64,000 nucleotides of DNA from the human T2T-CHM13v2.0 reference genome, Homo sapiens. The notes beneath the pieces are model-generated. The model was not told the DNA's origin. It did not search any database and was given only the letters and a program-made list of their open reading frames with translations. How positions within the stretch are numbered: position 1 is the first letter of the stretch; each line of letters starts with the position of its first letter. The stretch lies in NCBI RefSeq assembly GCF_009914755.1, contig NC_060928.1, one strand, 5' to 3'. A program made the position numbers and the translations under genes. Positions 1 to 14,480 of this stretch are shown piece after piece.

Positions 1-1930
1 TCCTTTTACCAGGGTAACTGTGCATTTGAAGGAAAGGAAATAATGTGATTTTTCAAGACTACTGGACACAAGCTCTGAACTGACATCGATTCCAAGAGAC
101 TCAAAACATCACTTAGCCCTCCAGTCAGAGTATAGGATAATGAAGGTCAAGTGATTAATGGAATTTTGTTTCAGACCCAGTTCATTCACAGTGGGTCCAG
201 TGAGTCCACAAATCCATCCTGTGGTTATTTCCTCAGTTCCAAAATGCATAATTGGAATAGACATACCTAGCAGCTGGCAGAATTTCTACATAGCTTTCCT
301 GACTTACAGAACGTGGGGTATTACATTGGGGAAGTCCAAATGAAAGCCATTAGAATGCTTCTACCTAGAAAAATAGTACATCAAAAGCAATATTGCATTT
401 TTGGAAGGATTACAAAGGTTAGTGCCACTATTTAGGACTGGAAAGATGCAGGGTACTGATTCCTCACATCCCCATTCAACTCTCCTATATGGCTTATGCA
501 GAAGACTGATGGATATTGGAGAATTACAGTGGGTTTTTGAAAGCTTCACCAAGTGGTAACTCCAACTGCAGCTGCTGTACAAGAGGTAAATTTACCGTTT
601 GAGAAAATCAACACATCTTTAGGTACCTGCTATGTGCAAGCTGTTGACCTGAAAATTTTTTTATCTCTATCTCTGTTAATAAGTCCACCAGAAGCAGTTT
701 GCATTAGGCTGGCAAGGCCCCAATACACCTTCACTGTCTTGTCTCAGGGTTATATCAGCTCTTTAGTTCTGAGTCATAATTTAGTTCACAGAGATCTTGA
801 ACACTTTATCTTTCCACAAGATATTTCCCTGGTCCATTACACTGATTAACATCATGCTGATTAGACGTAGTGAGTGAGAAGTAGCAACTACTCTGAACTT
901 ACTGGTAAAACATTTGCATCAGAGAAAAAGAAATAAATCTGACTGAAATTATAGACCTTTTCAACTCAGTAAGATTTCTAGGAGTCCAGTGTTGTTGAGA
1001 TATCCTTTATAAGTTTTTGGATTGCATCTGCTCCCTCCTACAACCAAGAAAAACACACAATGCCTAGTGGCCTAATTAGATTTTTGAGACAACATATCCT
1101 TATTTGGTGTGTTATTCCAGCCCATTAATGGAGTGGCCTGAAAAGTTACTAATTTTGAGTGGGTCCCAGTACAAGAGGAGGATCTGCAACAAGTCCAGGC
1201 TACTGTGCAAGTTGTTCTGCCACTTCTGCCATATGATCACACAGATCCAATGGTGCTAATGTGTCAATTCCAGATGGAAATGCAGTTTGAGGCCTTCCTC
1301 AGGTCCCTATAGGTGAATCATAGCGTAATTCTTTAGGATTTTGGAGCAAGGCACTACTATGATTCCCAGATATCTACTCTCCTTCTGAGAAACAGCCCTC
1401 AGTCTGCTATTGGACATTAATATAAACTGAACACAAAACCATGGGTCACCATGTTACCATGTGACCTGAGCTGCCTATCATGGACTGGCTGTTTTCTGAC
1501 TCACCAAGCCATAAAGCTGGACATACACAGCAATACTCCATCATCAAATGGAAGTGATATAAACACGATCAGGCCCTAGAAGGCCCTAAAGACATAAGTA
1601 CACTCTATGAAGAGTGGCCAAATGCCCATGGTTCCCAATCTTGACACATTATTTTCTATCTCATCTTCACTTATAGCCTCATGGGGCATTCCCTCTGGAC
1701 GGTTGAGAGAGGAAGAGAAGACTTGGGTACGGTTTACAAATTGTTCTGCATGACATGCAGGTACCAACAAAAAGTGAATAGCTATAGCATTACAGCCTCT
1801 CTCTAGAACATCCTTGAAAGACCGTGGTAAAGGGAAATCTTTCCAGTGGGCAGTATTTCAGGTAATGCACCCGGTTGTGCACTTTGTCTGGAAGAAGAAA
1901 TGGCCAGATGTGCCATTATATACATATCCC
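1..1930 (+). mobile_element. ERVL-class endogenous retrovirus internal fragment (degenerate protease-RT-RNase H)
   Basis: 59-94 reads LLDTSSELTSIP (ERVL protease LLDTGSELTLIP-like). 469-492 reads SPFNSPIW. ORF 553-849 has YTFTVLSQGYISS (LPQG-like) and LVHYTD* (decayed YIDD). GKSFQWA RNase H-like motif near 1833. Many stops and frameshifts. Confidence 0.88.
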
Positions 1931-1935
1931 TGGGG

Positions 1936-2102
1936 TGTAAAAACCAGGGAAGGCTACTTTCTGGGGTCCCTCTGCTGAGATACAAGTGGAGAATTCATAG
2001 ATGAGACTCTGTTCACCCCAGGCAGCTTTCCTGAACTTTGGGGGACTGGCTAGCAATGAACGCTAGGCTTCTGTTGCCCTTGCTGCCAGTAATAAACATG
2101 CC
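1936..2102 (+). mobile_element. Unassigned LTR-like fragment, truncated by the L1PB
   Basis: Starts TGTAAAAACC, has LTR-like composition and AATAAA at 2091; ends abruptly at the L1 T-rich tail. Confidence 0.4.
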
Positions 2103-2460
2103 TATTTTATTTTATTTTAATAGTTTTGGGGGAACATGTGGTTTTTGCTTACATGGATAAGTTCTTTAGTGGTGATTTCTGAGATTTTAGTGCGCCCATC
2201 ACTCGAGCAGTGTACACTGTACCTAATGTGTAGTCTTTTATTCCTCACCCCCGCTCACCTTCCCCATGAGTCCCCAAAGTCCATTATATATTTCTTATGC
2301 CATTGCATCCTCATAGCTTAGCTCCCACTTATAAATGAGAACACACGATATTTGGTTTTACATTCCTGAGTTACTTCACTTATAATAATGGTTTCCAACT
2401 CCATCCAGGTTGTTGTGAATGCCATTATTTCATTCATTTTTAGGCTGAGTAGTATTTCAT

Positions 2461-2462
<2 letters not shown>

Positions 2463-2513
<51 letters not shown>
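2463..2513. repeat. (TG)n(TA)n compound microsatellite inside L1PB
   Basis: Read directly from sequence. Confidence 0.97.
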
Positions 2514-2514
<1 letters not shown>

Positions 2515-4930
2515 ATTTTCTTTATCCATTTACTGGTTGGTGGGCATTTAAGCTGGCTCCATATTTGTGCAGTTGCAAATTGTGCTGCTGTAAACATGCA
2601 TGTACAAGTGTCTTTTTCATATAATGTCTTATTTTCCTCTGGATAGACACCCAGTAGTGGGAAGGCTGGATCAAATGGTAGATCTACTTTTAGCTCTTTA
2701 GGGGATATCCATACTGTTCTCCATAGTGGTTGTACTAGATCACATTACCCACGAGGAGAGTAAAAGTGTTTTCTTTTCACAACATCCACACCTACATCTA
2801 TTATTATTTGAATTTTTAATTGCTGCCATTCTTGCAGGAGTAAGGTGGTGTCTCATTGTGGTTTTAATTTGCATTTACCTGACAGTAATGTGGAACATTG
2901 TTTCATAGGTTTTTTTTGGCCATTTGTATATCTTCTTTTGTCTATTCATGTCCTTTACTTACTTTTTGATGGGATTATTAGTTTTTCTCTTGCTGATTTG
3001 TTTGAGTTCCTTGAAAATTATGAATATTAGTCTTTTGTTGGATGTATAGTTTGTGAATATTCTCTCCCATACTGTGGGTTGTCTTTTTATTCTGTTAATT
3101 TTTTACTTTGCTGTGCAAAAGCTTTTTAGTTTAATTAGGTCTCACCTATTTATTTTTACTTTTGTTGCATTTGCTTTTGGGTATTTGGTCATGAACTCTT
3201 TGCCTAAGCCAATATCTAGGAGATATTTTTCCAGTGTTATCTTCTATAATTTTTAAGGTTTCACGTATTAGATTTAACTATTTGATTCATCTTAAGTTGA
3301 TTTTTGTATATGGTGAGAGATGAGGATTCAGTTTTATTCTTCTACATGTGGATTACCAATTTTTCCAGCACCATTTGTTGAAAAGGGTGTGCTTTCCCCA
3401 CTTTATGTTTTTGTTTGCTTTGTTGAAGATCAGTTGGCTCTAAGTACTTGACTTTATTCTGGGTTCTCTATTCTTTTCCATTGGTCTATGTGCCTGCTTT
3501 CATAGCAGCACCATGGTAAGTATAGCCTTGTAATATAGTTTGAAGTCACGTAATGTGATGCCTCCAGATCTTTTTTTCTTATTTTGCTTAGACTTGCTTT
3601 TCCTACACAAGCTCTTTTTTGGTTGTATGTGAGTTTTAGGATTGTCTTTTCTAGTTCTGTGAAGAGTGATGATGGGAATTGTATTGAATCTATAGATTGC
3701 TTTTGGCAGTATGGTCATTTTCACAATATTGACTCTACCCATCCGTAAGTATGGGATGTGTTTCCATTTGTTTCTGTCATCTATGATTTATTTTTCGGCA
3801 GTGTTTTCTAGTTTTCATTGTAGATATATTTCACCTCCTTGGTTAGGAATATTCGTAAGTATTGTTTGTTTGTTTGTCTGTTTGCAGCTGTTGTAAAAGG
3901 GATTGAGATCTTGATTTGGTTCTCAGCTTGGTAATTGTTGGTTTACAGGAGTGCTAATGATTTGTGTATGTTCATTTTGTATTCTGAAATTTTATTTAAT
4001 TTATTTATCAAATCTAGGAGGTTTTTAGATGAGTATTTAGGATTTTCTAGGTATACAATCACATCATTAGTGAACGGCAACAGTTTGATTTCCTCTTTAT
4101 TGATTTAGATGCCCATTATTTCTTTCTCTTGTCTGATTGCTCTGGCTAGGACTTCCAGTACTATGTTGAATAAAAGCAGTAAAAGTGGGCATCCTTGTGT
4201 TGTTCCAGTTCTCAGGGAGAATGCTTTAAACTTTTCCCCATTTAATATAATGTTGGCTGTGGGTTTGTCACAGATGGCTTTTATTACCTTGAGGTATGTG
4301 TCTTCTATGCCAAGTTTTCTGAGGGCTTTAAACATAAATTGATGCTGGATTTTGTTGAATGCATTTTCTACATCTATTGAGATGATCATATGACTTTTAG
4401 TTTTTAATTTTGTTTACATGATGTATCACATTTATTCACTTGCATATTTTAAGCTATCCCTGCATTGCTTATATGAAATACACTTGATCATGGTATATTT
4501 TGATATGCTGCTGGATTCAGTTAGCTAGTATTTTGTTGAGGATTTTGGCATCTATGTTCATCATGAATATTGGTTTGTAGTTTTCTTTTTTAATGTCCTT
4601 CCTTGGTTTTGTTATTAGGGTTATACTTTCTTCATAGAATGATTTAGGGAGGATTCCATCTTTCTCTAACTTTTGGAATAGTTTTAGTAAGAATGGTACC
4701 AATTCTTCTTTGAATGTCTGTTAGAATTCAGCTGTGAATCCATGTGGCCTTGGATGTCTTCTGTTGTTGTTGGCAATTTTTAAAATAACTATTTAAATCT
4801 TGTTACTTGTATTGGTCTGTTCAGAGTTTCTATTTCTTCCTGATTTAATCTAGGAGGACTGTGTATTTCTAGGAATTTAACCATCTCCTCCAGAGTTTTT
4901 AATTTGTATGTATAAAGCTGGTCATAGTAG

Positions 4931-6205
4931 TGAGAGGTGACAGCGTGCTGGCAGTCCACACAGCCCTTGCTCGCTCTCGGGGCCTCCTCTGCCTCGGCTC
5001 CCACTTTGGCGGCACTTGAGGAGCCCTTCAGCCCACCGCTGCACTGTGGGAGCCCCTTTCTGGGCTGGTCAAGGCCGGAGCCAGCTCCCTCAGCTTGCAG
5101 GGAGGTGTGGAGGGAGAGGCACGAGTGGGAACCGGGGCTGCGCGCGGAGCCTGTGGGCCAGCTGGAGTTCCGGGTTGGCGTGGGCTTGGCAGGCCCCACA
5201 CTCGGAGCAGCCGGCAGGCCCTGCCAGGCAATGAGGGGCTTACCATCTGGGCCCGCAGCTGCGGAGGGTGTACTGGGTCCCCCAGCAGTGCCGGCCCACT
5301 GGGGCTGCGCTCCATTTCTCACTGGGCCTTAGCTGCCTCCCCACTGGGCAGGGCTCCGGACCTGCAGCCCATCATGCCTGAGCCCCCCCCACCCGCTCCT
5401 GTGTGGCCGGAGCCTCCCCAATGAGCATCGCCCCCTGCTCCACGGGCACCCAGTCCCATCGACCACCCAAGGGCTGAGGAGTATGGGCACATGGTGCGGG
5501 ACTGGCAGGCAGCTCCACCTGCAGCACCTGTGCGGGATCCACTGGGTGAAGCCAGCTGGCCTCCTGAGTCTGGTGGGGAGGTGGAGAACCTTTATGTCTA
5601 GCTAAGGGATTGTAAATACACCAATCAGCACCCTGTGTCTAATTCAGGGTTTGTGAATGCACCAATCGACACTCTGTATCTAGCTACTCTGGTGGGGACT
5701 TGGAGAACCTTTGTGTTGACCTTCTGTAGCTAGCTAATCTGGTGGGGATGTGGAGAACCTTTGTGTCTAGCTCAGGGATTGTAAACGCACCAATCAGCGC
5801 CCTGTCAAAACAGACCACTTGGCTCTACCTATCAGCAGGATGTGGGTGGGGCCAGATAAGAGAATAAAAGCAGGCTGCCCCAGCCAGCAGTGGCAACCCG
5901 CTCGGGTCCCCTTCCACACTGTGAAAGCTTTGTTCTTTCGCTCTTTGTGATAAATCTTGCTGCTGCTCACTCTTTGGGTCCACGCTGCCTTTATGAGCTG
6001 TAACACTCACTGTGAAGGTCTGCAGCTTCACTCCTGAGCCAGCGAGACCCTGAACCCACCAGAAGGAAGAAACTCCGAACACATCCGAACATCAGAAGGA
6101 ACAAACTCCAGATGCGCCACCTTAAGAGCTGTAACACTCACTGCGAGGGTCCGTGGCTTCATTCTTGAAGTCAGTGAGACCAAGAACCCACCAATTCTGG
6201 ACACA
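4931..6205 (+). mobile_element. LTR12 (ERV9) solo LTR, LTR12C-like
   Basis: Starts TGAGAGGTGACAGCGTGCTGGCAG and ends CCAATTCTGGACACA. 4-bp TSD GTAG (4927-4930 / 6206-6209). GC-rich U3 and ~40-bp CCAAT/CTAGCT repeats. Confidence 0.97.
5615..5872 (+). promoter_or_regulatory. LTR12 enhancer/promoter (NF-Y CCAAT boxes, GATA, AATAAA TATA-like box)
   Basis: CCAATC at 5621, 5661 and 5790; CAGATAAG at 5853; AATAAAAG at 5863. Matches the known ERV9 LTR promoter layout; activity not shown. Confidence 0.6.
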
Positions 6206-9200
6206 GTAGCTTTGAATGATCTTTTGTATTTCTGTGACATTGGTTGTAATATCTCCTGTTTTGTTTCAAATTGAGTTTATTTGGATCTTCTCTCTTGTTT
6301 TCTTGGTTAATCTAGCTAATGGTCTATCAGCTTTATCTTTTCAAAAACCCAGCTTTTTGTTGTGTTTATCTTTTGTATTTTTTTGTTTCAATTTTGTTTA
6401 GTTCTGTTCTGATCTTGGTTATTTCTTTTCTTCCTCCAGGTTTGAATTTGGTTTGTCCTTGTTACTTTAGTTCCTTGAAGTGTGACCTTAGATGATCTAT
6501 TTGTGTTCTTCCAGACTTTTTGATGTAGTCATTTCATACTATGACATGTCCTCTTAGCACTGTTTTGCTGTATCACAGAGGTTTTGATAAGTTATCTTAC
6601 TATTATCATTCAGTTCAAATAATTTTTTAATTTCCATCTTGATTTCAGTGTTGACACAAAGATCATTCAAGAGAGATTAATTTCTAAGTATTATATAGTT
6701 TTGAGGGTTCCTTTTGTAGTTAATTTCCTGTTTAATTCCACTGTGTTCTGAGAGGATACTTGATATAATTTCAGTTTTCTTAAATGTATTGAGGCGTGTT
6801 TTGTGACCTATCATATGGTCTATCTTGGAAAATTTTCCCTGTGCTGATGAAAAAAAAATGTATATTCTGCAGTTGTTGGGTAGAATGTTCTGTAAATATC
6901 TGTTAAATCCATTTGTTCTAGAGTTTAGTTTAAGTCAATCGTTTCTTTGTTGACTTTCTGTCTTGATGACTTGACTAGTGCTGTCAGTGGAATATTGAAG
7001 TCCCCCACTATTGCTGTGTTGCCATCTATCTCATTTCTTATGTCTAGTAGTAATTGTTATATACATTTGGGATCTTCAGTGTTAGCTGTGTATATATTTA
7101 GGATTGCTATATTTTCCTGTTGGACTAATCCTTTTATCATTATATAATGTCCCTCTTTGTCATTGTGTTTTTACTGTGTTGCTTTAAATTCTGTTTTTTC
7201 ATGAAATAAGAATAGCTATTCCTGCTTGCTTTTGGTATCCATTTGTGTGAAATATCTTTTTCTATGCCTTACCTTAAGTTTATGTGAGTCCTTACGTGTT
7301 AGGTAAATCTCTTGAAGACAGAAGTTACTTGGTTAGTGGAAATTTATTCATTCTGCCATTCTGTGTCTTTTAAGTGGAGCATTTAGGCTATTTACGTAAA
7401 ACTTTAGTAGTGAGATGTGAGGTACTGTTCTATTCATCATGCTAATTGTTGCCTAAATACCTAGTCATTTTTCATTGTATTTTTTGTAGGTCCTGTGAGA
7501 TATATGCTTTATGGAAGTTCTATTTTGGTGTATTTTGACGTTTTATTTCTAGATTTAGAACTCCTTTTAGTGTTTATGTAGTGCTGGCTTGGTAGTGGTG
7601 AAGGCTTTCGGCATTTGTTTTATCTGAAAAAGACTTTATTTCTCCTTCACTTATGAAGTCTAGTTTTGCTGGATATAAAATTCTTGACTGATAATTATTT
7701 TGTTTCAGGGGAGGCTAAAGATAGGACCCAAATCCCTTCTCACTTGTAAGCCTCCTGCTGAGAAATCTGCTGTTAATCTGACAGATTTTCCTTTATAGGT
7801 TACCTGATGATTTTGTCTCACGACTTTTAGGATTCTTTCCTTTGTCTTCACTTTAGATAACCTGGTGACTATATGCATGCATGATGATCTTTTTACAATG
7901 AATTTCCTAGGTGTTCTTTGAGATTCTTGTGTTTGAATGTCTAGATTTCCAGTAAGGCTAGGGAAGTTTTCTTCAATTAGTCTCTGAAATCAGTTTTCCA
8001 AACTTTTGGATTACTCTTCTTCCTTAAGAACACAAATTATTCTCAGGTTTGGCCATTTAACATAATTCTGAATTTCTTGGAAGCTTTGTTCATTTTTAAT
8101 TCTTTTTTCTTTGCATTTGTCTGATTGGGTTAATTTGAAAGCCTTGTCTTTGACCTCTGAAGTTCTTTGTTTTAATACTTGCCTTAAAGTATTATTGAAA
8201 CTTTCCAGTGCACTTTGTATTCTTCTAAGTGTGTCTTTCATTTCCAGAAGTTGTAATTGTTTTTTCTTTGTAATATCAATTTCATCCATATCCTGTATTA
8301 TTCTTTTTAATTTCTTTAAGTTTTTTTTTCACCTTTCTCTAGTATCTCCTTGAGAAGCCTAATAATCAAGCTTCTGAATTTTTTATCTGGTAATTCAGAG
8401 ATTTCTTGTTGGTTTGGATCCATTGCTGGGAAGCTAGTATGATCTTTTGGGGCTGTGATAGAGCCTTGTTTTGTCATATGGCCAGAATTACTTTTCTAGT
8501 TCCTTCTCATTTGAGTAGACTATCTCAGTGCAAAAGGACTGGAATTCAAGTCCTGCTGTTTAGATTCTTTTGTCCCGTGGGGTGATCCCTAGATATTGTG
8601 CTCTTCCCCTTCCCCTAAGAGTGGGGCTTTCTGAGAGCTGGACTACAGTGATTGTTATTGGGTCTAGTCACCCAGTGGGGCTACCTAGTTCTGGGCTGGT
8701 GCTAGGGAATGTCTGAAAAGAGTCCTGTGATGTAATCTGCCTTCAGGTCTTCCAGCCATGGATACCAGCACCTGCTGTGGTGGAGGTGGCAGGAGATTGA
8801 AGTAGACTCTGTGATAGTCCTTGCTTGTAGATATGTTTAGTGTGTTGGCTTTCTCAAATGCTGGTTATGCTACCAGTGAAGTTGTCATGTGGACACACTC
8901 AGGACCTCTGGTTAGATACAATGTTGCAGACAGTGGAATTAGCCATTGTTTTCTCCTTCCTGGGAGCAGGGTTATTCTGTCATGAGTTGTTGCAATGGCC
9001 TGAGTCGATTGGCCTCCAGCCAGGATGTGGCACTTTCAAAAGAACACCAGCTGCAGTGGTAGTAGGGGGATATAAGCTTGCCGTAAGTTGTCCAGGGGAA
9101 GTATTCTGGTTTCTCAGCTGATGGGTGGGGCCGTAAAGCTCTCAATAATTTATGGCTTTTGTGTTTGACTACCAGGGTGGGTAGAAAAATACCATCAGAT

Positions 9201-9636
9201 GAGGGCAGGTTAGGGCTGGTCAGGGCTCAGACTCTCCTTGGGCAGGGCTTGCCATGGCCACTGTTGGGGATTGGGCTTAGGAAAACAAATTAAAACATAA
9301 ATAGAAAATATGTATTTTAGATGTTTTTAGGTATTATGGACGAAAGTAAATATAGGGATTCAGGTACATCCAGAGAGTTTTTTTATCTTCTATAGTGACA
9401 GGGAGTTAGAATTTGGAGGCCAGAAATGACTTAGGAGTTATGCAAATATATTTTGGAATTGATATAAACATGGACTAAAGCCATAATGACATTCATCACC
9501 CTGATTAAAAACTAAATGTTGGTCATCAGGTTGCTAGTCAGACCTTAAAGTCTCAGAATCATTTTTGTTTGTGCATAACATCACAATGACAGAGAGCTTT
9601 TGCAGATCAATGGTTTAAATTTAAATTTGATGAAGA

Positions 9637-9726
9637 TACACACACACATACACACACATCTTTCCTCCTTATGTATACACATAGTTATATATGTATAATT
9701 CATATACATAATATATATATATATAT
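9637..9726. repeat. (CA)n/(TA)n low-complexity tract
   Basis: Read directly from sequence. Confidence 0.8.
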
Positions 9727-10744
9727 GAATACTACATTTGTCTGTATTTCCTGCTTAGCTATTATCCTTGGGTCTCTTCGACTGAATTTACATTTTCCCA
9801 GTATGAACATTTGGAAATGTTCAGTTCTGAGAAGTGGTAATTTATTCTGTCTTTAATTGTATTAACAGGTGTTTATACATTGGTACGCTTGGTAAATTTA
9901 TTTCAACAGTGCATCAAGGTTTAACATTTTTGAAGATATATTAGGCACCACTAATCATTCATATTTAAGAAAAAGGCTAATCTCGTGTGATGTTATCAAT
10001 ATAAATATGTTTATTCAGGTGAAAACTAGATTAGCATGTAAGTTATTTTAATTAATAAATTAGCAAACACAAAGAAAATTTACATCTTATACCTCTGAAA
10101 AATTTCTTCTGGCATCAAATGTGAGATGTGTTTGGATTTTAGTAGTATAGAAATATAAAAACAATGACCCTTTCATATGCCCTCTCTATAAGATTATCAT
10201 CATTGGGTAAGTTCACACTTATGCCTAGTTGTGCTAGTGGCACATGTGACTTAAAAAGCAGATGCCACTGATGACTTCATCTCATCAGCTTCTTTTCAGT
10301 GATTAATTACAGCATCTGTGAATGTGTATTTGGAATGGGTCTGACCCATGTTAGACTTCCTCTGTTTTCGAGAAATTAGTCAATTCTCATTTCATTTCTA
10401 AAGATAGATACACTGATAAGCCCAAGTCAAATTAATTGTCAAGGTAATCACTTATCTTTATCCACTCAGATAATCTCTTTTTATGTCTTATAATTCACCT
10501 ATCTGATGGAACCCCTTCCATGTAGGAGGTAAACTTCTGACATTCAATTATTATTTTTTAATGTTAATATTGCTATCTATTCATTATTAGCAACAGATCT
10601 ATTTCAAATAAAAGTAAAGAGAGTTATTATCTCCTAGCACCAAATATAATATATAGATTATTCATATTTTATTAACTTTATGCATAATTATATGGCCTCT
10701 ATGAGAACAAGTAACATAAATCAAAATCTAAATGTGGCTTAATG

Positions 10745-11261
10745 CAGCAGTCCTCAACCTTTTTGGCACCAGGGACCAGTTTGATGGTAGACAATTTTTC
10801 CATGGGCTGGGGGGTGGGGGGATGGTTTGGGGATGATTCAAGCACATTACATTTATTATGCACTTTATTTCTATTATTATAAATTGTAATATATAATAAA
10901 ATAATTATACAACTCGCCATAATGTAGAATCAGTGGGAGTCCTGAGCTTGTTTTCCTGCAACTAGACAGTCCCATCTGGGGGTGATGAGAGACAGTGATA
11001 GATCATCAGGCATTATATTCTCATAAGGAGCACGCAACTTAGTTCCTTCCCATGTGCAGTTCACAATCGGGTTCATGCTCCTATGAGAATCTAATGCCAC
11101 CAGTGGTCTGACAGGAGGTGGAGCTCAGGTGGAAATGTCAGCAATGGTACGAGGCTATAAATACAGATGAAGCATTGTTCACTTGCCTGCTGCACACCTC
11201 CTGATAAGCAGGCAGGTTTCTAACCGGCCATGGACTAATATCAGGGGCTTGGGGACCCATA
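10745..11261 (+). mobile_element. MER1A hAT-Charlie DNA transposon
   Basis: Termini CAGCAGTCCTCAACC ... GGCTTGGGGACCCATA and MER1A internal block ATAATGTAGAATCAGTGGGAG. 8-bp TSD GCTTAATG / CCTTAATG (7/8). Confidence 0.92.
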
Positions 11262-11646
11262 CCTTAATGGATATCTAAACAGTATAATTACTATGCCCAA
11301 AACTATTGTAAATATGTAGTTATGGTTTCCCCCAAGACAGAATGAGCTTTAGTCTTATTTTACATGTAATTCAATCTAATTAAATTATACAGGTAAAAAT
11401 TTGGGGCATTTGGGGAAAATATTATAGATATGTAAATTATATCTCTATTTTGGTATCATAAGAACCCTTACATATTTTTGATAAGGATATCTATGAATTG
11501 TGAAGAAAAAGCATAGATACATATAAAGAAATCCCTCAAGCCAACATAATTTAGAAATACGTTAGAAATATTATAACAAAATTAGTCATAAGAAATTGCT
11601 TATTATTTAAATGCCATCTAAAATAGATTACAATTGATTCTAATCA

Positions 11647-11723
11647 TTTTTTTTCTGTTATAGAGACAGGATTTTGCTCTGTTGCCTAAGCCAGGGTGCG
11701 GTGACATGATTATCATTCACTGC
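11647..11723 (-). mobile_element. Alu/FLAM 3' fragment
   Basis: T-run followed by AGAGACAGGATTTTGCTCTGTTGCCTAAGCCAGGGTGCGGTG. Confidence 0.7.
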
Positions 11724-12085
11724 TTAATTCTAATCTTAAATCAACAATTACTGAAGTATTCTGATAAATTTTAAGTATTCAAAATATAGGATGTGAAACA
11801 ATTTTTGTTAGTAGAAAGTTTAATTTCTTGTCAAATTATTACCATATATGGTAATAACTATCTGTTTTATAATTCCCTTTAACTATCTCTGATTTTGTTA
11901 CCCTTACAGGTGACTAGTACAGTGTGAATTTGACTCATAAAAATTAAAACCTGAGTAAATTTTGATATATAGTTACAAAATATGAAGACTTTTGCCTCCT
12001 GTAATGGTGGAGTAACTCATTGAAACTAACTCCACTAAAAATCAAATCAAAATAATAAAAATGGGTGAAAACATAAGAAAACAAC

Positions 12086-12131
<46 letters not shown>

Positions 12132-12146
12132 ACTATATATATATAT
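12086..12146. repeat. (TA)n(CA)n(TA)n microsatellite at L1 tail position
   Basis: Read directly from sequence. Confidence 0.95.
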
Positions 12147-12881
12147 TTCCATAGGTTTTTGGAGAACAAGTGGTATTTGATTACATGAGTAAGTTCTTCA
12201 GTGGTGATTTGTGAGATTCTGGTGCACTCATCTCCTGAGCAGTATACACTGAACCCAATTTGTAATCTTTTCTCCCTCTCCCCCTTCCCACCCTTTCCCC
12301 CTGAGTCCCCAAAGTCCACTGTGTCATTCTTATGCCTTTGCATCCTCAAAGCTTGGCTCTCACTTATGAGTGACAACATATGGTGTTTGGTTTTCCATTC
12401 CTGAGTTACTTCACTGAAAATAATTGTCTCGAACCCTATCCAGATAGTTATGATTGCCATTAATTCATTGCTTTTTATGGCTGAGTAGTATTCTGTCATA
12501 TATATATATGGTGTAATACTAAGATATATATCTCAGTCATTTCTTTGCCCACTTGTTTATTGATGGGCATTTGGGTTGGTTCCAAATTTTAGCAATTGTG
12601 AATCGTGCTGCTATAAACATGCATGAGCGAGTAACTTTTTCGTATAATGACTTCTTTTCCTCTGAGTAGATACCCAGTAGCCGGATGGCTGGATCAAATG
12701 GTAGTTCTACTTTTAGTTCTTTAAGGAATCTCCACATTGTTTTCTGTAGTGGTTGTGCTAGTTTACATTCCCACCAGCAGTGTAGAAGTTTTCCCTTTTC
12801 AGCACATCCATGCCAACATCTATCATTATTTTTTATATTTTTTTTCTTATGGCCATTCTTGCAGGAGTAAGGTGGTATCAC
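12146..12881 (-). mobile_element. L1PB1-like 5'-truncated LINE-1
   Basis: L1PB 3' UTR and ORF2 C-terminal remnants ([12 protein letters not shown]...LPFDPAI, EYYSAIKSNE). Flanking duplication AAAACATAAGAA(AA)CAACT at 12068-12086 / 12882-12898. Confidence 0.92.
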
Positions 12882-13039
12882 AAAACATAAGAACAACTGT
12901 TGAAAATTTCTGAAATTCTAATGGCAAAAAATATCATTTACAATGATCAGTACAAAATAAAAAGGAGCAAAACCATAGAGAATGAGAAAAATAGAAAATG
13001 TGATTCATAGATAAAGGCAAAAATAGAAAAGGGAAACTG

Positions 13040-14480
<1,441 letters not shown>

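Larger units (their letters stand above)
2104..9275 (-). mobile_element. L1PB (L1PB2-like) LINE-1, ~5.9 kb, interrupted by LTR12 at 4931-6205
   Basis: L1PB-type 3' UTR (AAGTTCTTTAGTGGTGATTTCTGAGATTT). ORF2 remnants [36 protein letters not shown]...[33 protein letters not shown]1 coiled-coil remnant at 8011-8289. 5' UTR-like sequence to ~9275. Confidence 0.93.

Noticed and set aside
553-849. Reverse transcriptase ORF as a functional or domesticated gene
   Set aside because: The catalytic YIDD is decayed to YTD-stop, and the flanking pol has many stops and frameshifts.
4789-5322. 177-aa chimeric ORF running from antisense LTR12 in frame into L1 ORF2
   Set aside because: GC-rich LTR12 U3 is stop-poor, similar frames appear in the other two LTR12s, and the L1 part stops after ~45 codons. 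There is no expression evidence.
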